A DNA stretch of 64,000 bases from Candidatus Saccharimonadota bacterium (GTDB lineage: Bacteria > Patescibacteriota > Saccharimonadia > UBA4664), in assembly GCA_019352195.1 (NCBI GenBank), contig JACAFG010000003.1, positions 64,956 through 128,955 on the forward strand, in the 5' to 3' direction. The notes beneath the pieces were generated by a model. That model searched no databases. It was not told the DNA's origin and worked only from the letters and a program-made list of their open reading frames with translations. Positions 1 through 14,388 of this stretch are shown here, one piece after another; within the stretch, counting starts at the first letter, position 1; every line of letters begins with the position of its first letter. The translations under genes were made by a program, and so were the position numbers.

Positions 1-947
1 AAACGGCGGTAGGCGCCCTTAAAAGTTGCGGCTCCGGCGGCGATGTCACCGAAGCGCAAACCTTCACCAATGGCGACAGCCGCTGCGGCCAGACTATTGA
101 GAACGTTGTGGCGCCCGAACAGCGGCACCGCTAAGCGCCCAAGAACATGGCCGTCAATTTCGAGGTCAAATTCAATACCTGTCGCGGTATAACTGATATT
201 CCGGCCGACAACCGAACCCGATTGCAGGCCGTATAGCACTACTGGCGCCTTAGCATGCGCGGCAAGCTCTGTCACCGCCGCACTATCGGACCAGGCAATG
301 AGATGCCCGTTGGGTGGCATGGCAGCGATGACTTCAGCAAACCGGGCTTTGACGGCCGCCAGATCCGCAAAGACGTCCGGGTGATCCATTTCCACCGATG
401 TCAAAACCAGCACGTCGGGATGATAAAACTGCAGTTTGGAACGCTCATCAAGCGTTGAGGCGCGGTATTCGTCCCCTTCAATCACGACTATGTCGCTACC
501 AACCAGACGGGCGCTTGAGTCGAAATTAAACGGCTGAATACCAATGAGAAAGTCGGGCTGTCGGCCGGCTGACTCGAGTAGCCAGGTGATAAATGCGGTG
601 GTGGTAGTTTTGCCATGCGAGCCAGCCACACTAATGACTCGCTTATCTTTCGTGAGTTTACCCAAAAACTCGGCAAAAGATATGACCGGCAGGCCTCGTT
701 TGGCAGCTTCAACTAATATTGGGTCACTGGCGGCAGTCCCGCCCGAGATGATGACCTCGTCCACCCCATCTAGCAAAGCGGGAGAGCTAATATTGGTCCA
801 AACGAGGCCGTGCTCGTCGAGCCAATCGCTGCCAGGGGAAGTTGCCGGAACGTCGAGACCCGTAACTTGGTTGCCAGATTGCTGCGCGGCATACGCGAGC
901 CCGCGCATGGCGTGTCCGGCGATGCCAACAAAAAAGAGATGCTTCAT
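1..947 (-). CDS. Mur ligase, Mpl/MurC family (3' end outside window)
   Basis: Manual translation from ATG at 947: MKHLFFVGIAGHAMRGLA...VAGSHGKTTTT...IEGDEY...EMDHPD, the Mpl/MurC motifs. Missing from the ORF track because it is truncated. Confidence 0.85.
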   Translation of the reverse strand, partial: MKHLFFVGIAGHAMRGLAYAAQQSGNQVTGLDVPATSPGSDWLDEHGLVWTNISSPALLDGVDEVIISGGTAASDPILVEAAKRGLPVISFAEFLGKLTKDKRVISVAGSHGKTTTTAFITWLLESAGRQPDFLIGIQPFNFDSSARLVGSDIVVIEGDEYRASTLDERSKLQFYHPDVLVLTSVEMDHPDVFADLAAVKARFAEVIAAMPPNGHLIAWSDSAAVTELAAHAKAPVVLYGLQSGSVVGRNISYTATGIEFDLEIDGHVLGRLAVPLFGRHNVLNSLAAAAVAIGEGLRFGDIAAGAATFKGAYRR

Positions 948-1157
948 AGGCAAAAGTTTAGCATGAGAACGACTAAAAGCTGCTGCCTTGAGTACGGTTA
1001 ACATTGACTTATGTGTTGACGTCTTGTAAAACTGAGCTACCTGATTGCAGGCCCTGGCATTATGCCGCCACTCGCACCGCAAGGAGTTCATTGATAGTGC
1101 CCTCGCACTGACCTGATTCATGTACGTCTTTCGCCCTTCGAGACATGGAGGTCTCAC

Positions 1158-1454
1158 ATGCCCAAAAAGAATTTCAACGGCAAACCCAGACGAACATCAC
1201 TGGGCGAGCTGTTCGGCGGTCGCACAGCCCGAGGGGTTGATTGGGCATCGTTAGCCATCACTCCCTCCACACGTCGCAAGCCTCGCCCGCCGGTGATACT
1301 CGAGGACAACTGGCTCGCCTCACCACCGCCCCGAAGCACTTCGAGCTACACCGGCAAGAGGTGCAGATTCGGTCACGCCATCAAGTTCTCGCAGACTGAT
1401 GCTGACTGCACCGTGTGCCGTGAGCAGCGGTCCGGATTTAACTCGTTCAGGTAG
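1158..1454 (+). CDS. Small basic protein with C-terminal Cys/His cluster (YTGKRCRFGH...CTVC)
   Basis: GGAGGT RBS before ATG; followed by a terminator. Confidence 0.6.
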   Translation: MPKKNFNGKPRRTSLGELFGGRTARGVDWASLAITPSTRRKPRPPVILEDNWLASPPPRSTSSYTGKRCRFGHAIKFSQTDADCTVCREQRSGFNSFR

Positions 1455-1480
1455 ATTCTGACCCGACAACACACGCCCAC

Positions 1481-1518
1481 AGAAAAAAGCCCACGGGAGT
1501 TTTCCGTGGGCTTTTTCT
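1481..1518. terminator. Bidirectional intrinsic terminator
   Basis: agaaaaaagcccacgg-gagtttt-ccgtgggctttttct between convergent genes. Confidence 0.85.
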
Positions 1519-1538
1519 TAGGGGTTATTGCGGACTTC

Positions 1539-3215
1539 TTAGGCCGCTTCGACGGGGGCAGGGGCCGCAATTTCGACGACTTCGCCGCCCACTTTGCGAG
1601 TAAAGTAGCTATCGTGTGAAATATACAGCACGGCGCCGGTATAGCGTTCTAAGGCTTTTTCAAGCTCTTCGATGCTCGGCAAATCGAGGTGGTTGGTGGG
1701 CTCGTCCAAAATCAGCAAGTTCGGTTGGTGGCACAGCATCGCAATGAGCTGGAAGCGGGCTTTTTGGCCACCGCTCAGATGCGTGATGGGCAATTTGGCG
1801 TCTCCGGTGGGATCAAACAAATAGTCGCTTAGTAGCTGGCGCACGCGCTGATCGTTGACGGTAACATCGTGCTCCCGGTGGATGAGCGTAATGGCATCTC
1901 CGAGCGGCATTTGCATAAAGCGCTCGTCGATTTCTTGCTCGTAGACACCAATGCGCAGCTTTTGATCGACTTCAATCGTCCCAGCAAATACTTTCGAGCT
2001 GGCGGGGGTTCCGTCAGTGGCGGCGCGAATAGCCTTAACGAGCGTTGACTTACCCACACCGTTACGGCCATGGAATTCGATGCGCTCACTAACGGCAAGC
2101 GTGAAGTTAATGTCTTTAAACAGCGGCTCGCCATAGCCGAGCGATAAATCGCTCACGGTCAGCATGACGCGACGGCTGGCATCGTCGCCAGTTTTGGCGT
2201 TTATTTTGATGTTTTTGGCTTTGTAACGGTCGTATTTTTCAACGGCTTTGCCTTGCATCGTTTCCAACTGATCGGCGTCGATCCAAAATGTCGGCTTTTT
2301 GATCTTTTTGGCTAAATCGTCGTATTGGCGGGCAAACCGCTCTTCCATGATGCGGTAGCGTACGGCCCCATCGCCGCCGGACATGCCTTTCTTGCGGCGC
2401 GCTTCGAGCACTTGCTTACGCAGATTAGCTAACGTGCGCTGGTCGTATTCATACTGTTCAACCGCGTTCATGGTGGTTGAACCGTTTTGCTTCAGGTAAT
2501 CATCGTAGTTACCTTTAAAGCTCAAAGCTTCGTGATCTTTGATTTCAATGATGCGGTCGACGGTGCCAAGCACGTCGCGATCGTGGGTAATCACTACAAT
2601 GGCTTGCTGAGCGTCTTCGAACCACTCGATGAAGGCGTCTTTAGCGACGTAGTCCATGTGGTTTGTAGGTTCGTCGATGAGGGCTAAATCGGCATCGCTC
2701 AAGGTGACCTTCACCAGCTCGACGAAGCGTTTTTGACCACCCGACAAATTTTCGAATTTACCTTCCCAGTGTTTCGGCTCGAGCTGAAATGCCTCAAGCT
2801 CGCGTTTGGCGCGCTCTTCGATATCATAATAGCCGAGCTCGCCAAAGCGGGTTAGCGCATCGGTATAGGTCTCGATGAGTGCCATATCGTCGCCCATAGT
2901 ATCGGGATAGGTACTAATAATGTGGTGCAAATCGGCGTAATTGGGCAGGTTACCCAAAATGTAATCTAGCACCGTGATATCGCCCAAACCGTGATGTTCC
3001 TGCGAGGTGGATACGATGATGAGGCCGCGTCGCTTGTCGATTTGACCGGTAAACTCGGTATCGGTACCGTTCATAATGCCGAGCAACGTGGTTTTACCAA
3101 TGCCATTACGTCCTACCAAACCGACTTTTTCGCCGGGATTAATCGTGACGTCGAGGCCATCGTATAAATTTTTGGTGCCAATTGTTTTGGCGATGTTTTG
3201 CAGGCTGATGAGCAT
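1539..3215 (-). CDS. ABC-F family ribosome-associated ATPase
   Basis: Two ABC domains (GRNGIGKT, LSGGQ, DEPTNH twice), no TM segments, inter-domain linker. Confidence 0.92.
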   Translation of the reverse strand: MLISLQNIAKTIGTKNLYDGLDVTINPGEKVGLVGRNGIGKTTLLGIMNGTDTEFTGQIDKRRGLIIVSTSQEHHGLGDITVLDYILGNLPNYADLHHIISTYPDTMGDDMALIETYTDALTRFGELGYYDIEERAKRELEAFQLEPKHWEGKFENLSGGQKRFVELVKVTLSDADLALIDEPTNHMDYVAKDAFIEWFEDAQQAIVVITHDRDVLGTVDRIIEIKDHEALSFKGNYDDYLKQNGSTTMNAVEQYEYDQRTLANLRKQVLEARRKKGMSGGDGAVRYRIMEERFARQYDDLAKKIKKPTFWIDADQLETMQGKAVEKYDRYKAKNIKINAKTGDDASRRVMLTVSDLSLGYGEPLFKDINFTLAVSERIEFHGRNGVGKSTLVKAIRAATDGTPASSKVFAGTIEVDQKLRIGVYEQEIDERFMQMPLGDAITLIHREHDVTVNDQRVRQLLSDYLFDPTGDAKLPITHLSGGQKARFQLIAMLCHQPNLLILDEPTNHLDLPSIEELEKALERYTGAVLYISHDSYFTRKVGGEVVEIAAPAPVEAA

Positions 3216-3280
3216 AATAGGTCCTTGTCGACGCCATGCGCCTAATAATTAGAGAATTAAAACTACGTTCGCGAGGCGAA

Positions 3281-3313
3281 TCAGGCTGTGGGCGCGCGGT
3301 AGCGTAGCTTCAT
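3281..3313 (-). CDS. Leader peptide MKLRYRAPTA of the ABC-F gene (putative attenuator)
   Basis: ATG at 3313, just after an ATGACA-17-TATAAT promoter; contains KLR/RYR; aagctacg can pair with downstream cgtagttt. Confidence 0.65.
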   Translation of the reverse strand: MKLRYRAPTA

Positions 3314-3561
3314 AGTGATATTATTATACCTGGTTTTGACCGGCTTGTCATCCGAGTAGTGAACGTGCTTGCTAAATATGACTTATTCGTTTATAATATG
3401 CTGAACAAGTTTCCGTCGGCGAGCTTTACGCCCGTACGACTCGAACAGATCCTCGCGCGAACTGCCACAGTACCGACCGTCGCGATTACCATCAGCTATG
3501 GCCGACGCATCCGGCTGCATCCTGTCTATTCCACGGCGAGGCTGTAGCCCAAACTGTTCTA

Positions 3562-3605
3562 CCCGCCACTCGGCCGCGACAATCGTCGCCTCCGAGTGGC
3601 GGTTT
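3562..3605. terminator. Intrinsic terminator hairpin
   Basis: ccgccactcgg...ccgagtggcgg followed by ttt. Confidence 0.7.
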
Positions 3606-3624
3606 GTCGTTATGTCAGCAAATA

Positions 3625-4287
3625 CTAGAGATGATACGTCAGCTCGGTGAAGAAAAATTTCTCGTCAGCCGGCTCAATGAGGGCGATTAAATCGAGGACG
3701 CTTGGCATTACGTCAGGGTCATCGTAATGAGGGTTGGTCCAAAATACCTCCCCGTCGGCACTGCTGGGGACGAGTTGCCCGTGAATTTGAGAGGCGATAA
3801 ATAAGTGAAAGAAGATTTGCGAGACGGGCTCGTCGCCGATAAACGTTGTAATGTAGCCGTCGCCGCGATGAGTGAGGCCTGCCGACAAACCGGTCTTTTC
3901 TTTAAGCTCGCGAGCTGCGGCCTGGCCGATTGATTCGCCGAGATGAATTTTGCCATACGGAAAGTTGATTTTGCCAATCATGGGCTGGCGCTTACGTTTG
4001 AGAAGCAAATATTGGCCGGTCGCGTTACGGCAAACGAGCAGGGTCACCATGCGCGGCTGAGCGCGCGGAGTGAACGTTTTGAGGCTCAGGCTGTCGGCAT
4101 AGCGTAAGCCCTCGGGGGTCAGTTCGTAGCGCCCGTCCGCGCGTTTGGTAACCCAACCCGCCTTCATTAACGACCGCAAGTGATACATGAACAAGTTCCC
4201 TTCCACCTCGGTAGGCTTGAGCTCGGCGTAGCGGCGCGACGAGTGTCGAATAAGCTGGCTCAAAATGTGCTGCTGGAGTTGATGCAT
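3625..4287 (-). CDS. N-terminal wHTH + NUDIX hydrolase (possible regulator)
   Basis: wHTH-like N-terminus (LFMYHLRSLMKAGWV...YELT); Nudix box GKIHLGESIGQAAARELKEKTG. Confidence 0.85.
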   Translation of the reverse strand: MHQLQQHILSQLIRHSSRRYAELKPTEVEGNLFMYHLRSLMKAGWVTKRADGRYELTPEGLRYADSLSLKTFTPRAQPRMVTLLVCRNATGQYLLLKRKRQPMIGKINFPYGKIHLGESIGQAAARELKEKTGLSAGLTHRGDGYITTFIGDEPVSQIFFHLFIASQIHGQLVPSSADGEVFWTNPHYDDPDVMPSVLDLIALIEPADEKFFFTELTYHL

Positions 4288-4472
4288 GGTGCTTACCCTG
4301 GCGGGATGATCCTCTGGGATTATTGGCTTGTTATGGTCATGAAGGTTCGGAGTTGTCTTAGCATGTGCTTATAGTCAATTATATTTGACTCAAGGCTTTT
4401 CGACTAGCGTAATTATTGAGTCAAACGCTACATTTAACGAGTCCAAGCGTGTTCGTTGACAGGAGGCAGCTC

Positions 4473-4661
4473 ATGTACCAAATTACGACTGCAGATGCAC
4501 CCATCGACTTGTGGCCCGTTACAGCTGGGCTGTGGGGCCCAGAGGACCACGTGCCGTGCAACTGGTGGCCGTCCTATTACTCCCCTACCACCGACCCGAG
4601 TGTTCCCAACCTCGCTGCCGCCGAGTCCACGCGATTGGGCTGGCAGCAACTATTCGTCTAA
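4473..4661 (+). CDS. Trp/Pro-rich 62-aa hypothetical protein
   Basis: AGGAGG RBS at 4461, ATG at 4473 inside track ORF 4416..4661. Confidence 0.55.
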   Translation: MYQITTADAPIDLWPVTAGLWGPEDHVPCNWWPSYYSPTTDPSVPNLAAAESTRLGWQQLFV

Positions 4662-4790
4662 AGTGTCAGCTTTTGTTGACATTACTAAGCGATAGTTTTA
4701 TGCTTGGTCTTATCTTGATCCAACCGGGATTGAGGTTTAGACCGCACGACTCGACCGAGCTTTAGTCGAGACCATCATGAGAGGGTCGCA

Positions 4791-5219
4791 ATGACCAGTA
4801 CCTTGGATGTATCCACAGCAATCGCGGATGTCGCAACCGAGCCGGTTGCTCCCACCCCCGAGCAGTATGCCAGGCCAAGCGACGAGACCGATGCTGATCG
4901 CCACGCGGTCCTGGCGTACCCCATGCAGTGGCTCCAGGAATTCCGCGACGGTGCCTGGCGGTTTGGCCGGCCGGCCGCGCATCCCACCTTCGTGGCTCGC
5001 ACGACCTGCACGGCAGCTACCCAGCAACAGAGCCACGACAAGCTCAAGGCCATCATCGTGGCGCGCATGAAGGCCATCGGCTTCGACCTGGAGGAGTTCA
5101 AGCTGTTCTGGGACTGGCCGGCCGGAATTCTCACGGCAACCCATCAGTCCGCCTCGACCGTCAGGTCATCAGAGCACTACAGTCTGGAGGACGAGCGCTC
5201 GATCATCTCCGGTCACTAG
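4791..5219 (+). CDS. Hypothetical protein, 142 aa
   Basis: TTGACA-17-TATGCT promoter at ~4676-4704, GAGAGGG RBS, GC3-rich codons, terminator downstream. Confidence 0.7.
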   Translation: MTSTLDVSTAIADVATEPVAPTPEQYARPSDETDADRHAVLAYPMQWLQEFRDGAWRFGRPAAHPTFVARTTCTAATQQQSHDKLKAIIVARMKAIGFDLEEFKLFWDWPAGILTATHQSASTVRSSEHYSLEDERSIISGH

Positions 5220-5244
5220 CGCCAACTGCACCTCATCGATCGCC

Positions 5245-5280
5245 AACGACCGCCTCGCGCGTATGCGCAAGGCGGTCGTT
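5245..5280. terminator. Intrinsic terminator between the hypothetical gene and rpsG
   Basis: aacgaccgcct...aggcggtcgtt hairpin. Confidence 0.75.
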
Positions 5281-5303
5281 TCGCGTTTTGTCGCGGCTAT
5301 TTA

Positions 5304-5780
5304 TTAGTAGCGAGCGAAGTGAGCAAAGGCTTTGTTAGCCTCAGCCATTCGGTGCGTGTCTTCACGCTTCTTAACGGCGTCGCCAGTATTGTTGTAGGCG
5401 TTGAGCAGTTCTTCGCCGAGGCGCTGGTCGAAGCCTTTGCCGCTCTTGGCATTGGCAGCAGCCAAAATCCAGGTCATGGCGAGGTGGACTTTGCGGTCGC
5501 CGCGAACTTCGGTTGGTACCTGATAGGTTGCGCCACCAATACGCTTAGCCTTTACCTGAACGGCCGGAGCAACGTTCTTGATAGCGGTTTCGAAGATTTC
5601 GACAGCAGGTTGCTTGCCTTTTTCTTCGATAAATTCGAGAGCGCCGTACATCAGGCCTTCAGCCAGGCGCTTCTTGCCGTCACGCATGATCTTATTGATC
5701 ATCTTGGTGACCATAACGTTGTTGTAGCGCAGATCGGGCTCGACAACGCGCTTGAGGGACTTGGTAGTTTTTCGTGGCAT
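5304..5780 (-). CDS. rpsG: 30S ribosomal protein S7
   Basis: RIGGATYQVP, KKREDTHRMAEANKAFAH. Confidence 0.98.
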   Translation of the reverse strand: MPRKTTKSLKRVVEPDLRYNNVMVTKMINKIMRDGKKRLAEGLMYGALEFIEEKGKQPAVEIFETAIKNVAPAVQVKAKRIGGATYQVPTEVRGDRKVHLAMTWILAAANAKSGKGFDQRLGEELLNAYNNTGDAVKKREDTHRMAEANKAFAHFARY

Positions 5781-5887
5781 GCTTTTCTCTCCTTAAAGAT
5801 ACTCCCTGCCGCATGCTATACGCTTTACGGTACGGGTGATGCTTAAATTAATTCGAATCTGGAATCGGGATCCAGAGTCCCAAAGCT

Positions 5888-6073
5888 TTAGGCTTTAGAG
5901 CGATTGAAGAACATCCGATCAATCTGGTTATCAGCCAGAATCAACACCAAACCTACGCCTGATACGGTTAAAGCCCATGGGCGAGACGTAAGCACTAGCA
6001 AATTGCCCAGCAGCACGATTATCGCCCCGACAAGACGAATACGCCGAGTGTTATCCCAATATGGCTGACTCAC
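5888..6073 (-). CDS. Small 2-TM membrane protein between rpsL and rpsG
   Basis: GTG start 3 nt after the rpsL stop; two hydrophobic segments. Confidence 0.55.
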   Translation of the reverse strand: MSQPYWDNTRRIRLVGAIIVLLGNLLVLTSRPWALTVSGVGLVLILADNQIDRMFFNRSKA

Positions 6074-6076
6074 AGA

Positions 6077-6493
6077 CTAAGCCGCTTTTTCTTTCTTGGC
6101 ACCGTACTTAGAACGACCTTGCTTACGCTTGGCAGCACCGGCGGTGTCGAGCGCACCACGAACAATGTGGTAACGAACACCAGGAAGGTCTTTGACACGG
6201 CCGCCGCGGATAAGGACCACGGAGTGCTCTTGCAGGTTGTGGCCGATACCAGGAATGTAAGCGGTAACTTCCATACCATTGGTGAGGCGAACACGAGCAA
6301 TTTTACGAAGCGCCGAGTTAGGCTTCTTTGGCGTGGTGGTAGAAACCTTCACACAAACGCCGCGCATGAACGGCGAATTGAGGGCGTAGCTACGGTTCTT
6401 GAGCGAGTTGCGAATAGAACCCAAAGCCGGAGTCGACGACTTGTGCTTGGGATCTTGGCGCGGCTTGCGCAATAACTGGTTAATGGTTGGCAT
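6077..6493 (-). CDS. rpsL: 30S ribosomal protein S12
   Basis: [23 protein letters not shown]. Confidence 0.99.
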   Translation of the reverse strand: MPTINQLLRKPRQDPKHKSSTPALGSIRNSLKNRSYALNSPFMRGVCVKVSTTTPKKPNSALRKIARVRLTNGMEVTAYIPGIGHNLQEHSVVLIRGGRVKDLPGVRYHIVRGALDTAGAAKRKQGRSKYGAKKEKAA

Positions 6494-6593
6494 TGGTATC
6501 GGGATCCTAGTTTAAGTTGATCTGGGACCGTCTGGCCCCGTAGAGGGTTAATTCTCCACGGGGATGTGACGGTCTCACATACAAGCTGTTATG

Positions 6594-10460
<3,867 letters not shown>

Positions 10461-10462
10461 AT

Positions 10463-13400
10463 TTAGCCCTGTGCCTCCACGTTAGTTTCTACTTCTTCGG
10501 TCTCGGCCGCATCGGTTTCAGCTTCGTCTGTTTCAGCCGCGTCGAGGGCTTCAAACTGGTCTTCACCGCCTTCGGCAAGGTTAACGAGCGGCATGTCGGC
10601 GACGACAGCGTCACCTACGACGAGTTTTTCAGTCCCAAGATCGGTAATTTCTTCATTCAAACGAGCACTGATGACAGTTTCGGCATCGAGCTCTGCTTCT
10701 CCATCGACACCGTCGCGGGTGAGCTCTACGCCCAGACCCAGCGACTGCAATTCCTTAACGAGTACGTTGAAGCTCTCGGGAATGCGCGGTCCGCGGATTT
10801 CTTCGCTCTTAATGATGGCTTCGTAAGCCTTGGAGCGACCGACCACGTCGTCGGATTTAATGGTGAGGATTTCCTGGAGCGTGTTGGCAGCGCCGTAAGC
10901 TTCGAGCGCCCACACTTCCATCTCTCCGAAACGCTGCCCACCCATTTGCGCTTTTCCACCAAGCGGCTGCTGGGTGACCATAGCGTAGGGACCGGTTGAA
11001 CGAGCGTGGAGCTTGTCGTCGACCATGTGGTGGAGTTTCAAAAGGTACTTGTAACCAACGGTGGTACGTTCCTGGAATGGTTCGCCGGTTTGGCCGTCCA
11101 TCAACTGAGTCTTACCGTCTTCGGGCAGTCCAGCCTTCTTGAGCTCGGCCTTAATGTCTTCGAGTTTGACGCCGTCGAATACTGGCGAGGCTACGGTGTA
11201 ACCGAGGGCCTGAGCCGCCCATCCAAGGTGCGTCTCAAAGATCTGACCAATGTTCATACGCTTGCCCACACCGAGCGGGTTCAAGATTACATCAACAGGA
11301 GTACCGTCTTCGAGGTAAGGCATGTCTTCAACCGGGAGCACGCGGGCAATAACGCCCTTGTTGCCGTGACGGCCGGCCATCTTATCGCCCACCGAGATCT
11401 TGCGCATTTGAGCGACTGAGACGTGGTACTGCTCAATAACGCCAGCCTGGAGCTCATCGGCCTGCTCGCGGCTAAAGAGTTTAACCCCGACCACCTTGCC
11501 GCGCTCGCCGTTGTGGAGGCGGAGTGACGTATCTTTAACGTCGCGGGCCTTCTCGCCAAAGATGGCGCGAAGGAGCTTCTCTTCGGAGCTGAGCTCTTGC
11601 TCGCCCTTGGGAGTGATCTTCCCCACCAGAATGTCGCCAGCCGTCACCTCGGCGCCGATGCGGATGATACCGCGCTCGTCGAGGTCTTTGAGACTGTCTT
11701 CTGAGACGTTGGGGATGTCGCGCGTAACGACTTCCGGTCCCAGCTTGGTGTCGCGCACGTCAACCGTGTAGGTCTCAATGTGAATTGAGGTGTAGCGGTC
11801 GTCGCGGACGAGACGCTGCGAGAGCACGATGGCGTCTTCGAAGTTGTAGCCCTGCCAGTTCATGAAGGCAACCAGAACGTTCTGACCGAGAGCCAGCTCG
11901 CCGTGGTCGGTCGACATACCATCGATGAGCACGTCGCCCTTCTTGATTTCATCGCCAGCGGCTACGGTCGCCTTTTGGTGGATGGTGGTACCAACGTTTG
12001 ATCGGGCAAAGTTGGTGAGCTCATAACGAGCTTTGTCGCCATTCTTGTAGGTAACGTTGATTTCGCGGGCAGTTGCCGAATCAACCACGCCGTCCTGCTC
12101 GGCCAAAATGATCTGAGCAGAGTCGCGGGCCACGGTAGCTTCCATGCCGGTACCAACAATTGGAGCCTGAGGCTTAATGAGCGCCACAGCCTGTTTTTGC
12201 ATGTTAGCGCCCATGAGTGCGCGCTTAGCGTTGTCGTGCTCAACAAACGGGATGAGCGCGGCCGAAATAGATACAATCTGCTTAGAGCTGACGTCCATAA
12301 AGTCGACATCTGCAGTAGAGACTTCTTCGGCTTCGCCCTTCAAACGGGCGGCAACACGAGGAACGATGAAGTAGCCTTTGTCATCGAGCTCGGCGCCATA
12401 TCCGGCCACAACCGCTTTTTCTTCGTCGGAGGCATCGAGGTAGACGACGTCGTCGGTGACACGAGGCTTGATTTGTACAATTTCGACACCAGCCTTGGCC
12501 AACTTCTTCACATCGGCGTCGGTAATCACATCACCGCTTTTAACGATAACGTCGGCCCCAGCCTTGGCGGCACCGCGAGCGATTTCGCCAACGGCGTTAG
12601 CCGTGGTGGCTTCGCGGATAACTTTGCGGTAAGGCGTCTCAATGAAGCCATACTCGTTGACTGCTGCGTACGAAGCCAAGTTGGAAACGAGACCGATGTT
12701 CGGACCTTCCGGTGTTTCAATTGGGCACAACCGACCGTAGTGGGTCTTGTGCACATCGCGCACTTCAAAACCAGCACGTTCACGGCTGAGTCCGCCTGGG
12801 CCCATGGCGTTTAAGCGGCGCTTGTGGACGGTCTCAGCGAGCGGGTTGACCTGGTCCATGAACTGCGACAATTGACTGGAAGCAAAGAACTCGCGAACCG
12901 AGGCAACAATTGGACGCACGTTAATGAGCTGGCCCGGAGTAACAGTGGTGGGGTCATAAACCGACATGCGGTCTTTAACGATGCGTTCCATACGAGCCAA
13001 ACCAATGCGGAATTTGCTCTGCATGAGCTCACCGACCATCTTGAGGCGGCGGTTGGCCAGGTTATCAATGTCGTCGGGGCCACCGTTGCCGTTGTTGAGG
13101 CTGACGATCTCGGCGACAATTGCCACGAGGTCTTCACGGCTTAATACCCGGTGCTCGGCGGTATTAGGCGTATCGAGACCGAGGCGCTTGTTGAGCTTGT
13201 AACGACCGACTTTAGAGAAGTCGTAGCGCTTGAAGTCGAAGAACATACCTTCAATAAGACTCTTCGAGTTTTCAACTGTAGCTAAATCGCCAGGGCGAAT
13301 GCGGCGGTAGACTTCCATAAGAGCTTCAGCGGTTGAGGCGCTCGGGTCTTTTTCGAGGGTTTCCTCGATGTACTTGGTGTCACCAGTATCTACGTGAGCA

Positions 13401-14017
13401 AACATGGCCTTGATCTCGTCATCACTACCGTAACCAAAGGCACGGAGCAAGGTCGTGATAGGTAATTTACGCTTGCGGTCGATCTTAACCGAGATTACGC
13501 CGGCAGCTGAGGTGTCGAGCTCGAGCCAAGCACCACGGCTCGGGATAACTTTGGCACCAAATAATTCACCAGCCGAACCGCGGTCCGAGGTGAAGAACAC
13601 GCCAGGCGAGCGAACCAGCTGGGAAACGACGACGCGCTCGGCGCCATTGATGACAAACGTGCCGCGAGGAGTCATCCAAGGGTAGTCGCCCAAGAAAATT
13701 TCCTGCTCACGAACTTCGCCGGTCTCTTTGTTGACGAGCTCGGCCTTGGCACGCAAAGGCACCTCGAGCGAGGCGTTCTTGATTTTAGCGGTTTTTTCGT
13801 CGAACTTGGGCTCTTCGAAGTGGAAGTCACGCAGGTAAAGCGCTAGCGCCTTGCCAGTGAAGTCTTCGATTGGGTTAATTTCGGCAAACAACTCTTCGAG
13901 ACCTTCAGTGGTAAACCAGTCAAACGACTGTAACTGAATCTCGATCAGGTTTGGGAGAGCTAGAACATCTTTCGACTTGGAAAGATTTTTACGGGTACGC
14001 GCGCCAGGATTAGCCAA
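10463..14017 (-). CDS. rpoB: RNA polymerase beta subunit
   Basis: [23 protein letters not shown]; TTG start with AAGGAG RBS. Confidence 0.99.
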   Translation of the reverse strand: MANPGARTRKNLSKSKDVLALPNLIEIQLQSFDWFTTEGLEELFAEINPIEDFTGKALALYLRDFHFEEPKFDEKTAKIKNASLEVPLRAKAELVNKETGEVREQEIFLGDYPWMTPRGTFVINGAERVVVSQLVRSPGVFFTSDRGSAGELFGAKVIPSRGAWLELDTSAAGVISVKIDRKRKLPITTLLRAFGYGSDDEIKAMFAHVDTGDTKYIEETLEKDPSASTAEALMEVYRRIRPGDLATVENSKSLIEGMFFDFKRYDFSKVGRYKLNKRLGLDTPNTAEHRVLSREDLVAIVAEIVSLNNGNGGPDDIDNLANRRLKMVGELMQSKFRIGLARMERIVKDRMSVYDPTTVTPGQLINVRPIVASVREFFASSQLSQFMDQVNPLAETVHKRRLNAMGPGGLSRERAGFEVRDVHKTHYGRLCPIETPEGPNIGLVSNLASYAAVNEYGFIETPYRKVIREATTANAVGEIARGAAKAGADVIVKSGDVITDADVKKLAKAGVEIVQIKPRVTDDVVYLDASDEEKAVVAGYGAELDDKGYFIVPRVAARLKGEAEEVSTADVDFMDVSSKQIVSISAALIPFVEHDNAKRALMGANMQKQAVALIKPQAPIVGTGMEATVARDSAQIILAEQDGVVDSATAREINVTYKNGDKARYELTNFARSNVGTTIHQKATVAAGDEIKKGDVLIDGMSTDHGELALGQNVLVAFMNWQGYNFEDAIVLSQRLVRDDRYTSIHIETYTVDVRDTKLGPEVVTRDIPNVSEDSLKDLDERGIIRIGAEVTAGDILVGKITPKGEQELSSEEKLLRAIFGEKARDVKDTSLRLHNGERGKVVGVKLFSREQADELQAGVIEQYHVSVAQMRKISVGDKMAGRHGNKGVIARVLPVEDMPYLEDGTPVDVILNPLGVGKRMNIGQIFETHLGWAAQALGYTVASPVFDGVKLEDIKAELKKAGLPEDGKTQLMDGQTGEPFQERTTVGYKYLLKLHHMVDDKLHARSTGPYAMVTQQPLGGKAQMGGQRFGEMEVWALEAYGAANTLQEILTIKSDDVVGRSKAYEAIIKSEEIRGPRIPESFNVLVKELQSLGLGVELTRDGVDGEAELDAETVISARLNEEITDLGTEKLVVGDAVVADMPLVNLAEGGEDQFEALDAAETDEAETDAAETEEVETNVEAQG

Positions 14018-14388
14018 GATAGACTCCTTATCCGGTATTAAGGGTGATGTGACTTGGTTTGAAACCGATGTTGCAATCGGTTTGGATGGGTGTGTTTGTT
14101 GCGGGTCTTGTATCTGAAACCATCGTTTTTCCAGATATAAAACTCGTGGTCGGAGGTTTTTCTAAACACGTAAAACAAGTGGCCGGATGTGGCCCTTGTT
14201 TGATTTAAGCATCCTCTTGAATTTATTTTGCTCGTTTCTAGAGTAACTGTCAACACTATTTATAAGGGATTGACAGGTTACGGCAAGAGGGTGTTATGAC
14301 TCGGTTTGGTGCCGGTTATAAGACAAGGGTCGGGCCATGTGAAGCCGCTACCCTGGTCAATTAGACTCGTCGTCGCTCTAAGTTCTAA

